DNA of 41,330 nucleotides from Candidatus Nomurabacteria bacterium (GCA_963832025.1 CAWHSF010000004.1:1-41330); one strand, 5' to 3'; positions 1-11,081 are shown, counted from the first letter of the stretch. Numbers and translations: made by a program. Notes: generated from the letters alone by a model not told the origin.

Positions 1-291
1 TCTGCCTCACCATTTCAAGAGCCAAAACCACCCGGCATTTCTTTCTTTTCAAGACCTTAACGGAATCACGGAGGAGCCTAATCACGGTCCTTTGTGCTTG
101 AGACAGGGTGTGATAATCTCCACAAAAAACGATATGAGAATTTAAAACGGAGAGTAAGAGTTCTCGTTTCGTGGAGACTTCCCGGAAATCCTGGAAGTCT
201 TTTTGATATTCCCTGAAGTATTTTTTTAACTCGGGAGAAAATAAAATCCGCCCAGAAGATTTCGGGCATACCTCTTCAACCGATCGTACAT
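1..291 (-). pseudogene. Partial hypothetical gene (5' part; runs off the window edge; frame change near 235)
   Basis: Minus-strand ATG at 291 gives MYDRLKRYARNLLGGFYFLP. After a frame change it continues ELKKYFREYQKDFQDFREVSTKRELLLSVLNSHIVFCGDYHTLSQAQRTVIRLL... to position 1. No family recognised with confidence. Confidence 0.25.
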
Positions 292-328
292 GATACGTTG
301 GATCCGAATTAAATGGGTACGAGGCAAC

Positions 329-1704
329 ATGATTAAAGTAGAAACTTTAAAACCAATTTTAGCTCAGACCGCGGCACTCTGGCTTTCTGGCAATGGTTCC
401 CTGCACCGCTTCCAGCAAGCCCGGAACCGGGGCACAAGGGCGAGTTGACGCTTGAGAGTCTTCTTAAGAATACGCTGTCCTCAAACGGCATGATCCAGGA
501 AGCCGTTCAGGACATCGAGATCGCGCGTTCCCAAACTCCAAACTGGCTGATCTGCCCTTTATCCCAAGGCCAGCGCGATGATCATTGGAGCTCCGATCTT
601 TGAGGAGAGAGGCAATGCGCTGCACTCCCAATCGAACTGGGGAAACTGGGGACCATTTTTTACGGGAGGGATCCAAGTCGTCGAGCCCCTTTATTCCTTT
701 GGAATGATAAGCAGCTATCAAAAAGCGGCGGAAGGGCAGGTCAACGCGAGAACTGAGCTGGCCGAGGTCAAGCGGTGGACGTGCTGAATCAAACGAAAGA
801 GATTTACTATGGTTATCGATTGGCAACGGATTTGGAAAAGTTGGTCGATGATCTCAGCTCTTTTCTTCAAGATGCGGTAAAAACCGCGGAAGAAGCTGTT
901 AAAGAAAAGAAAAAGTCAGCGGTGAAACCTCACGATTCCTATCACCTAAAAACGGCGTTGGACGATCTGGAACAGAAAAGACTTTATGCAAAAGCCGCAA
1001 AACAAACCGCCGAGCGCGCGGTTTCGTGGCTATCCGGTGTCAAATTCGCCTCTCGCCCCCGCGTCCCCCCAGACCTTTACCCTGCTGCCGATGGAGGAAT
1101 ACATCAAGATTGCCAAGGCCAATCGGCCAGAGTTTAAAGCGCTCTTGGCCGGACAAGAAGCTCGATCGGCGCTAAGAGACGCTAAACGTGCGCAAAGTTA
1201 TCCGATTGTTTTGCGGGGAGTTATGGGTTCGATAGGATGGACCCCCGTACGGGACAGACAAGATTCCGTTTTCGCTTACGATCCCTTCAATGCGATGACC
1301 GGAGGAGTCGGACTGGGGTTGAAATTCGATCTCGAGTTCGCCCGGCACTCCGCCGAAGCGCACGAACAGGACGCTGAGTTAATGAAACTCAAAGCGACTG
1401 AGAGCTGGGCTGCGCCAGGGATTGAACTACAGGTGAGAAAAGCTTTCTGGGAACTGGAACAAGCGAATGACGGGTTAAAGATCGCAAGCGATCGCAAGAC
1501 TCTCGCGAAAAAATGGTTTGTTTCCAATGCGATGGGCTGGTCCATCGGGATTACGCCGGCGAAGGATCTCTGGAATCTTTGGAGGGCGACGGGTTTTTGA
1601 GAAGAAATTAGATCCAGACCGTATACGCCCTTAATTTGGTGCTATCGCACCTTAGCCAAGCGGTCGGAAAGGAAATTACGAATTTGGAATATCGCAGTCA
1701 CTAA
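329..1704 (+). pseudogene. TolC-like outer-membrane efflux factor, at least 4 frame breaks
   Basis: ORF pieces 578-787, 775-1137 and 986-1600 plus untracked ends join into one protein: ...LTLESLLKNTLSSNGMIQEAVQDIEIARS..., ...EEYIKIAKANRPEFKALLAGQEARSALRDAKRAQSYP..., C-terminus ...YALNLVLSHLSQAVGKEITNLEYRSH with stop at 1702-1704. The two-repeat OMF-like pattern fits the TolC family. Confidence 0.65.
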
Positions 1705-2487
1705 CCAATGAATCACTTCCTCACCCTTCCCCCACTGCGCTTCAGCCTTAGAAAGAAAAAAACCGCCATCGCCACTTCCTCTAGAACCATCAAGTAGAGC
1801 CCCGTCTTGCTTTCCCCTTCCTGCGGGACCGTAGGTTACTTTTCTCGCCGGGCTTCTTCTTTTTCGCCTTCAGATGACTTTGCAGAACTCTTTGCTGAGT
1901 CTGACCGATTCCGGAGCCCCTCCCCTTGCTTCGAGGCCACAGCCAGGTCGAAATCGTTGTTCGTTTTGATACATGACCATCTTTTCGAACTGTGGAGCCA
2001 AGCGAGAGTAGTGTTCATTGGTAACCATGTAGTGGATTAAAATAGCCAAGCGGTTTTGAACAGTCGCAACAGAGCGAAGACGAAAACCCAGGAAGTTCCG
2101 ATTCGTACTGGAGGGAGTCGACCCGAAAGCGTTCCGCGGATATTTCGACGGCGCGTATAGCTCACCTTAGGTTTATGTCGTTTCCGGTTTCATCTTTGTA
2201 CGTTCTGGGCTTTTTGAGATAGTCCTCAACTTCAGACCGTCCCATTGCGTCGCAATGGTGGCAATCGACATCACTAGTGATTCATACCGATCCGGATTGG
2301 TGGTTCCCTGACAGTAAAAGGTCCCCTGAGTCAGTTCACACTTCCATCGCTGGGAGATTAAAAGACACATATTGTGTTTGAAGCGCAAATGCAGATGAGG
2401 CGAATAGAATACTTAAGAAAAAAAGTCTCATTTCTGTGTCTCCTACCTGAAATTGTACCACAGAGACGACGTGTCCCTATATATCGA

Positions 2488-3598
2488 CTACCCCCCCACC
2501 GCTTCGTCGATTTGCGCTTTGAGTTCCGAAGATCTGCCCATAAAGCTCTCCCGAGGATCGAGCGTCTTTTGAATGGGCGTACCCGGGACATGGCGAATAA
2601 GAATTTTGGAAATATGGTTTTTGAAGTTAGCGGTTTCACAGATCCGACGATAAATTTGCAGATCCATTTCTCCACTGTCTCCGATGAGAATGCATTTTTG
2701 GTTTTCAAGGTTGCTCATGATTTTTATGAAGAGTTCTCCACTTATGTCCAAAGCGCCCGTATCCCAGCCAACGCATGAACAAAGGCCCTTCGGGAAACCC
2801 CGTTCACGCAAGAACTTCAAAAGAAACGGAGCCAGCTGGTAAGGCGTGCTCGTCACGTAGATGATCATCGAATTCTTCGCTGCGAGCGATTGGTATAACT
2901 CCGCCATTCCCTCGATCGCCTCATACTTATAATAGTGCCCCCGGAACAAACCACTCACTATTTGCTTGAATCCAGTTGTCTCGGAGATCTCTGGAGTCTT
3001 TGATCGTATCGTCGATATCAGAAACGATCACCCACTTCACATTTTCATTCAGAAAATAAACCGGCGCGCTGAGAACTTCGTAGTCCCCCAGACGAACAAG
3101 GCCCAGCAACGTCTCAACACCCACCGGGCTCTTTATTCGAAGCCATGCCATTTGAGAAGCTTTCCAGGGAAGGGTCCACGGCAGTTGCAAATGGACAAAA
3201 CCGCGGTTCTCGGTACTGGCCTCAACGGTACGCAAAGAATTTTCCGTCATCGCCAGCTGAAAACGAATCCGCTCGAAAAACTCGAGATCGGGGATCCCTC
3301 TTAAGATGCGATGCAGTAAACGGCGGGGGCGAAACCCCAAAACCTCTTCTTGAGTTCCGTTATAAACCACGGCTTGGAGCGAAGTGAAATTACGCGTCGC
3401 GAGCGTCGGGATTGCAACGATCGATTTTTGGGGCCGATAAAGATCTAACGCCTGAAGACATTTAAAAAATATCACCTCGAAGGTCTTAAAGAATCGAAGC
3501 CAGCCCGCCCACCACTTGGGCCGCGGCAGATCGGTGAGTCGAAGCCCCGAGCGAAGCAAATTCTCTGGTTTTTCTTTGATCCGTTTCATCTTCGACAC
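2488..3598 (-). pseudogene. App1-like phosphatidate phosphatase (DUF2183), one frame break near 2940
   Basis: ORFs 2927-3598 and 2488-2958 join. Motifs: VIVSDIDDTIKDS (DxDxT), IIYVTSTPYQLAPFLLKFLRERGFPKG, and ILIGDSGEMDLQIY. Confidence 0.55.
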
Positions 3599-3663
3599 AA
3601 AAACTTCAGCTTTCCTTCACAGTTTCCGAAAAGTCAGTCATAAGGATCCGCTAATCTCCCCCA

Positions 3664-4769
3664 ATGAAACCCAACTACTTAAGGCTCTTTTTTCTCTTTC
3701 TCCAGATCTATGTCCTCATACTATTCCTTTCGCCATTTTTGAGAACGGCGTTAGCTCTGAATGAAACTTTTGAAATCTATAATGCGCCTCAAAGCCTGGG
3801 AATGGGCAATGCACTCACCGCTGACGCAACTGGATACACGGCACTTTATCACAATCCGGCAGGGCTGGCTTCGTTCACGAAAAAGAAAATGGAATTGACG
3901 GTGGTGGATCTGGAGGGAATTCTTGGGCAAACGCCCTAGAACTTGCAGCCTCCGCTCAAACACTCGGTATCTACCGCCTCTTTAGCCCGATGGCAAAAAA
4001 CGCGGGAAAGTATACTTATTTTAACTGGGCCAGCGTCCCCTCCTTCACCGTCCGTGGCTTTGGTGTTTCGCTGCTGGGAAGCTATCAATACGCGGGTCTC
4101 TCCGATGGAACCAATATCGATATCGACGCGAATGAAGATGTCGGCATTGTCGCGGGGTATGCGAAATATTTTGCCGGAAACGTCATTAAGCTCGGAGTAG
4201 ACGTGAAGGGTCTTGTCCGAAACGAAATGAAGGGTGTTTACGCCTTTAGCACACTGGCGACTTACAACGATCAAACTTTTCCGTCGCTCTTTAGGGAAGG
4301 GGCTGCCGTCGGAGCGGACAGCGGAATGATTATCACTCTGCCAAACAACTGGCTGCCCACATTCGGCGTCGCCTGGAGAGATATGTTCAACACGCAGTTC
4401 ACCCACACCCATATTATTAATTCACGCGCCAGCGGGACTCCGGACAATATTGGACAGAGCATCAACACCGCTTTTTCCGTTCATCCCTTTTTCAGCCGCC
4501 AGTTAAAATCCACGATTGCCCTCGAGTATAAACACTGGGAAGCCCAAGACTGGCCTTTGAGAAAACACGTGCACTTTGGGATGCAGCTGGAGGATGAAAA
4601 AAGCCTCTACGCTTGGCTGGGACTGAATCAACTCTACTTAACCTTGGGCCTTGGGTGGAGGGTCAAAGGCGGTACACTGGAAGCCGGTACTTACGGTGAA
4701 GATGTCGGAGACAATAACAACCCCGTGCAGGATCGCCGCTTTTTCTTTCGTTACACTATTGGGTTCTAA
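3664..4769 (+). pseudogene. Signal-peptide beta-barrel outer-membrane protein, one frame break near 3925
   Basis: Hydrophobic N-terminus, motif GMGNALTADATGYTALYHNPAGLA, alternating beta-strand pattern, and C-terminal ...FFFRYTIGF (terminal Phe). ORFs 3664-3939 and 3990-4769 join via ...WANALELAASAQTLGIYRLFSPMAKNAG. Confidence 0.5.
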
Positions 4770-5866
4770 ATGAAACGAATACTTTTACTAATTTTCTTTT
4801 CCCAAATCGCAACTGCGCAACTCACGCATTTTGAATTTGAAGGAGTTAGACAGACCGGAATGGGAAATGCGGGGATCGCTATCGCCGATGATGCCAACGC
4901 CCTTTGGTATAATCCGGCCGGCCTGTCTCAGATTAAAAAAGTTCATTTCGATCTCTTTGACTTTACGCTCGGAGCGGACTCCTTGGATAGCCTGAATCGG
5001 ATGCAAAACGCTATCTTTCACGGCAATTACAGCAATATGCTCCGGCCCAACTCTGAGTTTTTGCGCTTTAACGTTACACCGACACTTGCGATCCCAAACT
5101 TTGCCCTTAGTCTTTTCGAGACGGCTCGGGGTTTTTTCGATCTCCAAAACCTGACCTCCCCCAATCTATCCTCCAGCGTCCAAGTGACAGCTCATAACGA
5201 TCTGGGCGCGATCGCAGGGATATCCATTCCTCTGCTGGATGTTTTCTCTGTTGGATTTTCGGTCCGCGCTTTTGAGCGTACGGGGCTCGACGTCAATCTA
5301 ACCGCACAAGACCTCATCAATCAAACGGGAACTTCCAACCCAACGACTCTACTCAACAATTTATACAGCTCCTTAAAAGATATGGCGGGAACCGGAACAG
5401 GGATCGGGTTAAACACAGGGGTTCTAGCACATATCCCCTTGCGCGGAAAAGCCGGGTACCGATTGAACTTAGGGGCCACCGTGGAAGATGTTGGAACACT
5501 TCGTTCACCAAAATAGGAAATCTCCCCCCTCCTCCATCGATACCCCAGAGCATTAACTTTGGGACTTCCCTGCAGTCTCCCATTGGAAAGAACTGGATCT
5601 GGAACAACACTCTCGATTACAGAAATTTTCAAGAGCATGACGCCGTTTTGAAACACATCCACTTCGGAACAGAAATTCGTCACGAGGTTTTTGGTTTACG
5701 TGCGGGAGTGTATGAAGGGTATTGGACCGCAGGCTTCAGCATCGAAACGCCTCCCCACACCAAGATCCACTTCTCGACGTATGCGGTGGAACTTGGAAAC
5801 GAACCCTTGCAACGGTCGCAACGATGGTATCTCGTGCAGCTGATTATTGGGTTTAATCCGCTGTAA
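4770..5866 (+). pseudogene. Paralogous beta-barrel outer-membrane protein, one frame break near 5505
   Basis: Starts one nt after the previous stop. Signal peptide MKRILLLIFFSQIATAQ and the same motif GMGNAGIAIADDANALWYNPAGLS. The tail continues in the frame of ORF 5648-5866. Confidence 0.5.
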
Positions 5867-5885
5867 TCTTTGTTTCCCTCGCCGC

Positions 5886-7046
5886 CTACCCGTAGATCAA
5901 TATTTTTAGATAATCCCCTTCCGGAAACCCAACCGGGTGATCGTCTTCAGGGCTTAACCCTTTGATCAATTTCAAAGTCCCCGAAAACTTTTTCCGCCTC
6001 ATTGCGAAACTTCGGTCTTGGGATTCGCGATGTGCAACAACACACAACGATTCTCCCGCCGGGGGAAAGATGTGGCAACGCCGCCTTGTAGAGTTGCCGG
6101 TACGCACGAAGGGCGTTTGGCACCTGAATCTTTTGGCTCGCCATCTGGGGAGGGTCGATGATGATGAGATCGAATTTCTCGTTGGGAGACATGGATTCGA
6201 TCCATTTAAAATATCCGCGCAGATCCATTTCTGATTTTTTTCGTTCAGACATGGTTCTGCTCGTCTCCAAAAACTCCCTGGGAAATATCGACGTTCCAGA
6301 TCTCGCTGGCTCCGGCGACTTCAGCGGCGAGACCCAACGTTCCTGAGTAGCTAAAAAGATTAAGCACTTTCTTTTTGGGGAGTTTTTCCATGGAAAGCCA
6401 TTTTCTTAGGCCCCGAAGATAGAGAAAGGTGCCGCTTTTTCTGCCCCGATCCAATCTCAACGGTGAGCTTGAGTTTCCCTTCTTGAAAAGACAGGGCAGG
6501 AGGAATTTTGCCGTAGAGGGCGGCGATTACGGGCCTTTGTTCCTCCAAAGTTTTTCGCTTCACCGGCGGTTTCCATACCATATTTTTTAATTTCAACTCG
6601 TCTCGCAGAATCCATGCCAGATAACGGCCCAAAGCATCCACCGCGTTCGAGTAGGTTTGCAAAACGGCCGAATCCCATAGACATCGATCACAATCCCGGG
6701 AAAACCATCATTCTCACCATGAATCGCGCGAAATGCCTCGGTATACTTCCTTAAGTTCTCACGCTTCTTAAGCGCCGTTTGAAGCTGAGAACGAAACCAT
6801 TCGGGACCGGGAGGATCTTTACCCTTTTTCAAAACGCGAATGCCAATAAGCCCTTCTTTTTCATAGATCCCATAGCCAACGACCTCATTCTTCGCATTCA
6901 CGATCTTAAGCCGATCGCCGTTTTTAAAACACATCAGCGGCACTGCTCAGATGGGTCCTAAAGATCCAGGGATGACCCGCATTCAAAACGATAATCGCGT
7001 CTTTCGTGGCTTGATAGCGCTTCGGGATGAGCTTTTTCGTACGCAT
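5886..7046 (-). pseudogene. rlmI: RlmI-like SAM-dependent rRNA (cytosine-C5) methyltransferase (PUA plus MTase), at least 4 frame breaks
   Basis: Fragments 6593-6943, 6360-6662, 6245-6460, 5947-6270 and 5886-6107. Motifs: NGDRLKIVNAKNEVVGYGIYEKEGLIGIRVL (PUA-like), AIHGENDGFPGIVIDVYG, KKVLNLFSYSGTLGLAAEVAGASEIWNVDIS (SAM site), FDLIIIDPP, and the tail ...DHPVGFPEGDYLKILIY. Confidence 0.6.
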
Positions 7047-7060
7047 AGAAGAAGGACAAC

Positions 7061-7938
7061 TTAGCCGAGGCGCGCTATAGGCTCAAGTCCCAATTTCAAG
7101 GGTGTAATAATCGTCGAAATAGCCTTGGAAGCAGAAAGATCCACCGCACCGAAAACCGCGGTCAGGCTAAAAAAGCTGAGCAGCGCCTCCCAGTGTCTCA
7201 ACCAGTCAGGAATAAAATGCGGAGGCTCGATAATCCCATGCGTTCTTAACCAGGCCAACGTTCCCACATCTTCCAGCGAAATCCGTCCGCAAACCAGGGC
7301 ATCTACGAGAAGGCGATTCTGGTTTTTCACCGCAATTCGGAGAAAATTATAAACACCCAGGTAACCCCGCGAGATACACCCCGTCTTTAGTAAACGGGCC
7401 TCCGCCAGTGAGCTTAGCGCCTCGAAAAACGCGCTGGGTGCTGAAAAATGCCTCCATCTCGGTTTCGCTTCGATCCTTATACCAACGGTAAGCTGCATCA
7501 AATCCGCACCTTGCTCCACTAAATCCAAAGCTTCAATTCGATAACATAGAGCCAAGAAACGGCGGTGGAGACATCGTGTGGCCGTACACACCTCATAAAA
7601 AACGGCAAGACCTTCTGGGTCATCGTCGTTGGGGTCCTCCCCCGGAATAAAAAATCGCAGGCGGCGTGGCGGGCCCCATTGTGTGCGGTAAGACAGTGGG
7701 ATTCGATTTCATGATCCAAAGCGCTGAAAGATCGATCGTGGAAAATCGGGCTTCTTTGCGCACGCGGACCCGGTTCATTCCGGCGACAACCTTCGCCACC
7801 ACCTGGTCGGTGACTTCCACTCGCACCGGCATCGTGGGCCTTCGCCCTGCAATTTCTTCTCTCCAACTCCCGCGCGAATTCGTCTGACGATTTCATGACG
7901 ATCGACTCGTCCATGTCGTTCAACGCACAGACGGACAT
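7061..7938 (-). pseudogene. Hypothetical protein with frame breaks
   Basis: Overlapping minus ORFs 7061-7591, 7620-7832 and 7519-7938 appear to be pieces of one gene. No family recognised. Confidence 0.25.
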
Positions 7939-8004
7939 TCTGCCTGGAAATCGCCCTCTGCCAACTCCAGGTTCGAAATCTTACAGAGTGGAACATATCG
8001 AGGT

Positions 8005-8373
8005 ATGGTTTCCGCTTTTACGAACGAGCTGGTAGCTAAAAACAGAAAACCAAGCGAGATGCTTTCGGACGAAGATGCAGTGGCCGTCATTACTAGGCTT
8101 TCCAAACAGAGAAAAGATTCTATTGAACAATTCAAAAAAGGCAACCGCGATGATTTGGTCAAAGAAGAACAAGCCCAGCTTGAAATCTTGGAAACCTACT
8201 TGCCGAAATTGATGGATAAAAACGAAGTAGAAAAAATTGCGCGAGCAAAGAAAGACGAGCTTGGCATAACGGATGCTACCAAAAAAGGTATGCTTATGTC
8301 TGCTTTGATGAAAGATTTAAAAGGCAAAGCCGATGGATCTCTGGTGAAGGAAGTAGTTGACTCCCTTTTCTAA
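8005..8373 (+). CDS. yqeY: GatB/YqeY-domain protein, apparently missing about 25 N-terminal residues
   Basis: ...SDEDAVAVITRLSKQRKDSIEQFKKGNRDDLVKEEQAQLEILETYLPKLMDKNEVEKIA...KGKADGSLVKEVVDSLF matches the YqeY pattern. The usual N-terminal helix is absent where the GC-rich block begins. Confidence 0.7.
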   Translation: MVSAFTNELVAKNRKPSEMLSDEDAVAVITRLSKQRKDSIEQFKKGNRDDLVKEEQAQLEILETYLPKLMDKNEVEKIARAKKDELGITDATKKGMLMSALMKDLKGKADGSLVKEVVDSLF

Positions 8374-8376
8374 TAT

Positions 8377-8449
8377 ACCTGTCCCGTACTAAATTTCACT
8401 TAAAACAAAATGACCACTATTATTAACAATTTAAAATTTTAGTACTGGG
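8377..8449 (+). repeat. 73-nt intergenic hairpin cassette, copy 1 (family F)
   Basis: acctgtcccgtactaaattt...ttaaaattttagtactggg. The 5' arm cccgtactaaattt pairs with the 3' arm aaattttagtactggg (two 1-nt bulges). It fills the gap between the yqeY stop and the next ATG (8450). Confidence 0.8.
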
Positions 8450-9055
8450 ATGCACACCATCAACTTTTTAATTCGTTTGGTGGAGCATCATCAAGTTATA
8501 GCTTATGGAATAATCTATTTGGGATTAATCTTTGAGGGAGAATTTTTCCTGATGTGTACTGGAATATTGATGCACTTGGGTGCTTTTAATTTTTACTTTG
8601 CCTTATACTTTGTTCTCCTCGGTGCATTTTCCAAAACTATCATCGGGTATGCCTTGGGAGAATTTTTATTTAAGAAATTTAATTACAATAAATTCTTTAA
8701 ATATATTCAGAGAAGAGTTTATCGCATCTTGCCCGGGTTTAAGAAGAAACCTTTCTGGTCTATATTTATTTCCAAATTTATAATGGGAGCCAATCATTTG
8801 GTTATTATTTTTTCCGGCTTTGAAAGAATAAATTACAGAAAATTCTTACAAGCAGAAATTTCTTCCACTATAATCTGGGTACCGATGTTGCTCGCACTCG
8901 GTTATTTTTTCAGTTACACTGCGCTACGCATCAGTCACAATGCTTGGAAGTTTTTAATTGTAATTTTGATATTGTTTGCAATATATATTATATTTGATAA
9001 GCTAGTCGGCTGGTTGTATGAATTGTTTGAAGAATTTTACTATGAACACAACTGA
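8450..9055 (+). CDS. DedA-family membrane protein
   Basis: Multi-TM 201-aa ORF. KFIMGANHLVIIFSGFERINYRKFLQAEISSTIIWVPMLLALGYF resembles the DedA RFxPxxR...AG...F...N..G...W core. Ends with TGA. Confidence 0.55.
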   Translation: MHTINFLIRLVEHHQVIAYGIIYLGLIFEGEFFLMCTGILMHLGAFNFYFALYFVLLGAFSKTIIGYALGEFLFKKFNYNKFFKYIQRRVYRILPGFKKKPFWSIFISKFIMGANHLVIIFSGFERINYRKFLQAEISSTIIWVPMLLALGYFFSYTALRISHNAWKFLIVILILFAIYIIFDKLVGWLYELFEEFYYEHN

Positions 9056-9959
9056 AAAATTAAGCAAAAAATTAATTACGCACGATGGCAGTTTTCATGC
9101 AGATGATATTTTTGCTTGTGCCACACTGTGTCTAGTATTGGAAAAAAGTAACGAAACATTTGAAATTATTAGAAGCAGGGATGAAAAGATGATAAAGCAT
9201 GCAAACGGAGCAGATAGCTACGTATTTGATGTCGGAGGAATATATGATGAAAAAGAAAATCGTTTTGACCATCACCAGATAGGCGGTGCAGGTAAACGAG
9301 ATGGTGTGGAATATGCTTCATTTGGTCTGGTCTGGAAAAAATTTGGTAAAATCCTGACTGGCAATGAAAAAGTCGCGGAAATTTTAGATAAACGTTTAGC
9401 TATGCCGATTGACGCCTTTGATAATGGTTTCGATTTGGTAGAAAATAAATACGAAGTTACTCCATATTATATTCAACATTTTTTTATGTCGATGAGACCG
9501 ACTTGGAAGGAAGAAAATGCAAACAAAGATGAAATATTTTTAAAATGCGTATTGTTCGCGAAAGAAGTTTTAATTAGAGAAATAATTCAAGCGCAAGATG
9601 CGCTTTTAGCAGAAGAATTGGTCACCAATGTTTATAAAAATACCAAAGACAAACGAATAATTGTTTTAGAAAAAAATTATCCTTTTGAAAATACTTTGAA
9701 TGAATTTTCTGAGCCACTTTTTGTGGTATATCCCAGAAGTTCGGATAATTTTTGGGGAGTCAGAGCAGTTAAAAAAATTCTTAAAACTTTTATTAATAGA
9801 AAAAACTTGCCAAAACTATGGGCTGGTCTGCGGGACGAAGAATTAAAAAATGTTTCAGGTGTTTCTGACGCAGTTTTTTGTCACCGTGGACTATTTTTAG
9901 CTGTTGCGGAAACCAAAGAGGGAGCTATCAAATTGGCGCAAATTGCGGTAGAATCGTAA
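9042..9959 (+). CDS. MYG1/UPF0160-family metal-dependent hydrolase
   Basis: ITHDGSFHADDIFACATLCLV... and RFDHHQ motifs. The start is most likely the internal ATG at 9042 (MNTTEKL), overlapping the dedA-like stop. Confidence 0.8.
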   Translation: MNTTEKLSKKLITHDGSFHADDIFACATLCLVLEKSNETFEIIRSRDEKMIKHANGADSYVFDVGGIYDEKENRFDHHQIGGAGKRDGVEYASFGLVWKKFGKILTGNEKVAEILDKRLAMPIDAFDNGFDLVENKYEVTPYYIQHFFMSMRPTWKEENANKDEIFLKCVLFAKEVLIREIIQAQDALLAEELVTNVYKNTKDKRIIVLEKNYPFENTLNEFSEPLFVVYPRSSDNFWGVRAVKKILKTFINRKNLPKLWAGLRDEELKNVSGVSDAVFCHRGLFLAVAETKEGAIKLAQIAVES

Positions 9960-9961
9960 GA

Positions 9962-10034
9962 ACCTGTCCCGTACTAAATTTTTGATTACGTGGATATGTC
10001 GCTAAACATTATTAGTTAAAATTTTAGTACTGGG
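9962..10034 (+). repeat. 73-nt intergenic hairpin cassette, copy 2 (family F)
   Basis: Same length and same conserved ends as 8377-8449, with a divergent centre. Ends at ggg directly before the obg ATG (10035). Confidence 0.8.
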
Positions 10035-11081
10035 ATGGCATTTATCGATGAAATAATAATATACGCAGAAGCCGGACGCGGCGGAAACGGTGTCGTGCGT
10101 TGGCGTCAGGAAAAATTTATACCAAAAGGCGGACCGGCCGGCGGAGATGCCGGGCGCGGAGGGGATTTTTACGTGCAAGCTGTCCGTGATATTCACGTGC
10201 TTTCAAAATACAAAGCAAAAAAAAGTTTTTCTGCCGGGCGGGGCGAGGACGGCGCAAATAAAAGCTTACATGGGAAAAATGGCATAGACTTATTTTTGGA
10301 GTTGCCGATTGGCTCTATCATCACCAATCTTGACACTGATGAATCTTGGCAATTGACTGAGGAAGGACAAAAAATATTAATTTTAAAAGGCGGATATGGA
10401 GGTTTTGGTAATGAACATTTTAAAAGTTCCACCAACACGACACCGAAAGAATGGCGACCGGGCGAAGAAGGTGAAAAAGGAAATTTTAGAATAGAGTTGG
10501 AGCTTTTTGCAGATATCGGATTGATTGGTTTACCAAATGCCGGCAAGAGCTCACTGCTCAATTCATTGACCAACGCGCAAGCGCGAGTAGGTGATTATGC
10601 TTTCACCACTCTTGACCCGAATTTGGGAGATTTTTATGGTTATATCATTGCGGACATTCCGGGAATTATCGAAGGTGCTTCGGAAGGCAAAGGTTTGGGT
10701 GTAAAATTTTTGCGTCATATCAAGCGTACTAAAATGCTTGCGCATCTTATATCTTTTGAGAACTTATCTAAAGGCAGCACCGGGATGATGAAAGTTTACA
10801 AAGATATTCGCAAAGAACTCGCCAAATACGACAAGAAATTAAATCTGGGAGTCGAAGGCTTGTCTGGAAAAAAAGAAATAATAATTTTGACTAAAAGCGA
10901 TGTGGTAGAAGATACCCGCCCGAACGACAATTCAGTCGGGCGGGAAAAAATCATTGAAAGGGAAATGAAAAAGTTTGAAAAACTCGGCGAAAAGGTTTTT
11001 GTAATTTCTTTATTTGATGATAAAATGATAAAAAAGTTCAGAGATGAACTGGTAAAAATTTTAAAGAAAGATGGCAAATAA
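10035..11081 (+). CDS. obg: GTPase Obg/CgtA
   Basis: N-terminal Gly-rich Obg fold (AGRGGNGVVRWRQEKFIPKGGPAGGDAGRGGDFY) and G motifs GLPNAGKSSLLN and DIPG. Confidence 0.9.
   Translation: MAFIDEIIIYAEAGRGGNGVVRWRQEKFIPKGGPAGGDAGRGGDFYVQAVRDIHVLSKYKAKKSFSAGRGEDGANKSLHGKNGIDLFLELPIGSIITNLDTDESWQLTEEGQKILILKGGYGGFGNEHFKSSTNTTPKEWRPGEEGEKGNFRIELELFADIGLIGLPNAGKSSLLNSLTNAQARVGDYAFTTLDPNLGDFYGYIIADIPGIIEGASEGKGLGVKFLRHIKRTKMLAHLISFENLSKGSTGMMKVYKDIRKELAKYDKKLNLGVEGLSGKKEIIILTKSDVVEDTRPNDNSVGREKIIEREMKKFEKLGEKVFVISLFDDKMIKKFRDELVKILKKDGK

Noticed and set aside
7920-8172. Minus-strand ORFs 7920-8162 and 7981-8172 span the composition junction.
   Set aside because: They are antisense to yqeY, have no recognisable features, and are most likely spurious.
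8377-10034. The 73-nt hairpins with conserved ends, variable centres and bulged bases resemble integron attC sites bounding a gene cassette.
   Set aside because: There are no RYYYAAC/GTTRRRY core sites at the ends and no integrase in the window. The neighbouring genes (yqeY, obg) are housekeeping genes rather than cassettes.
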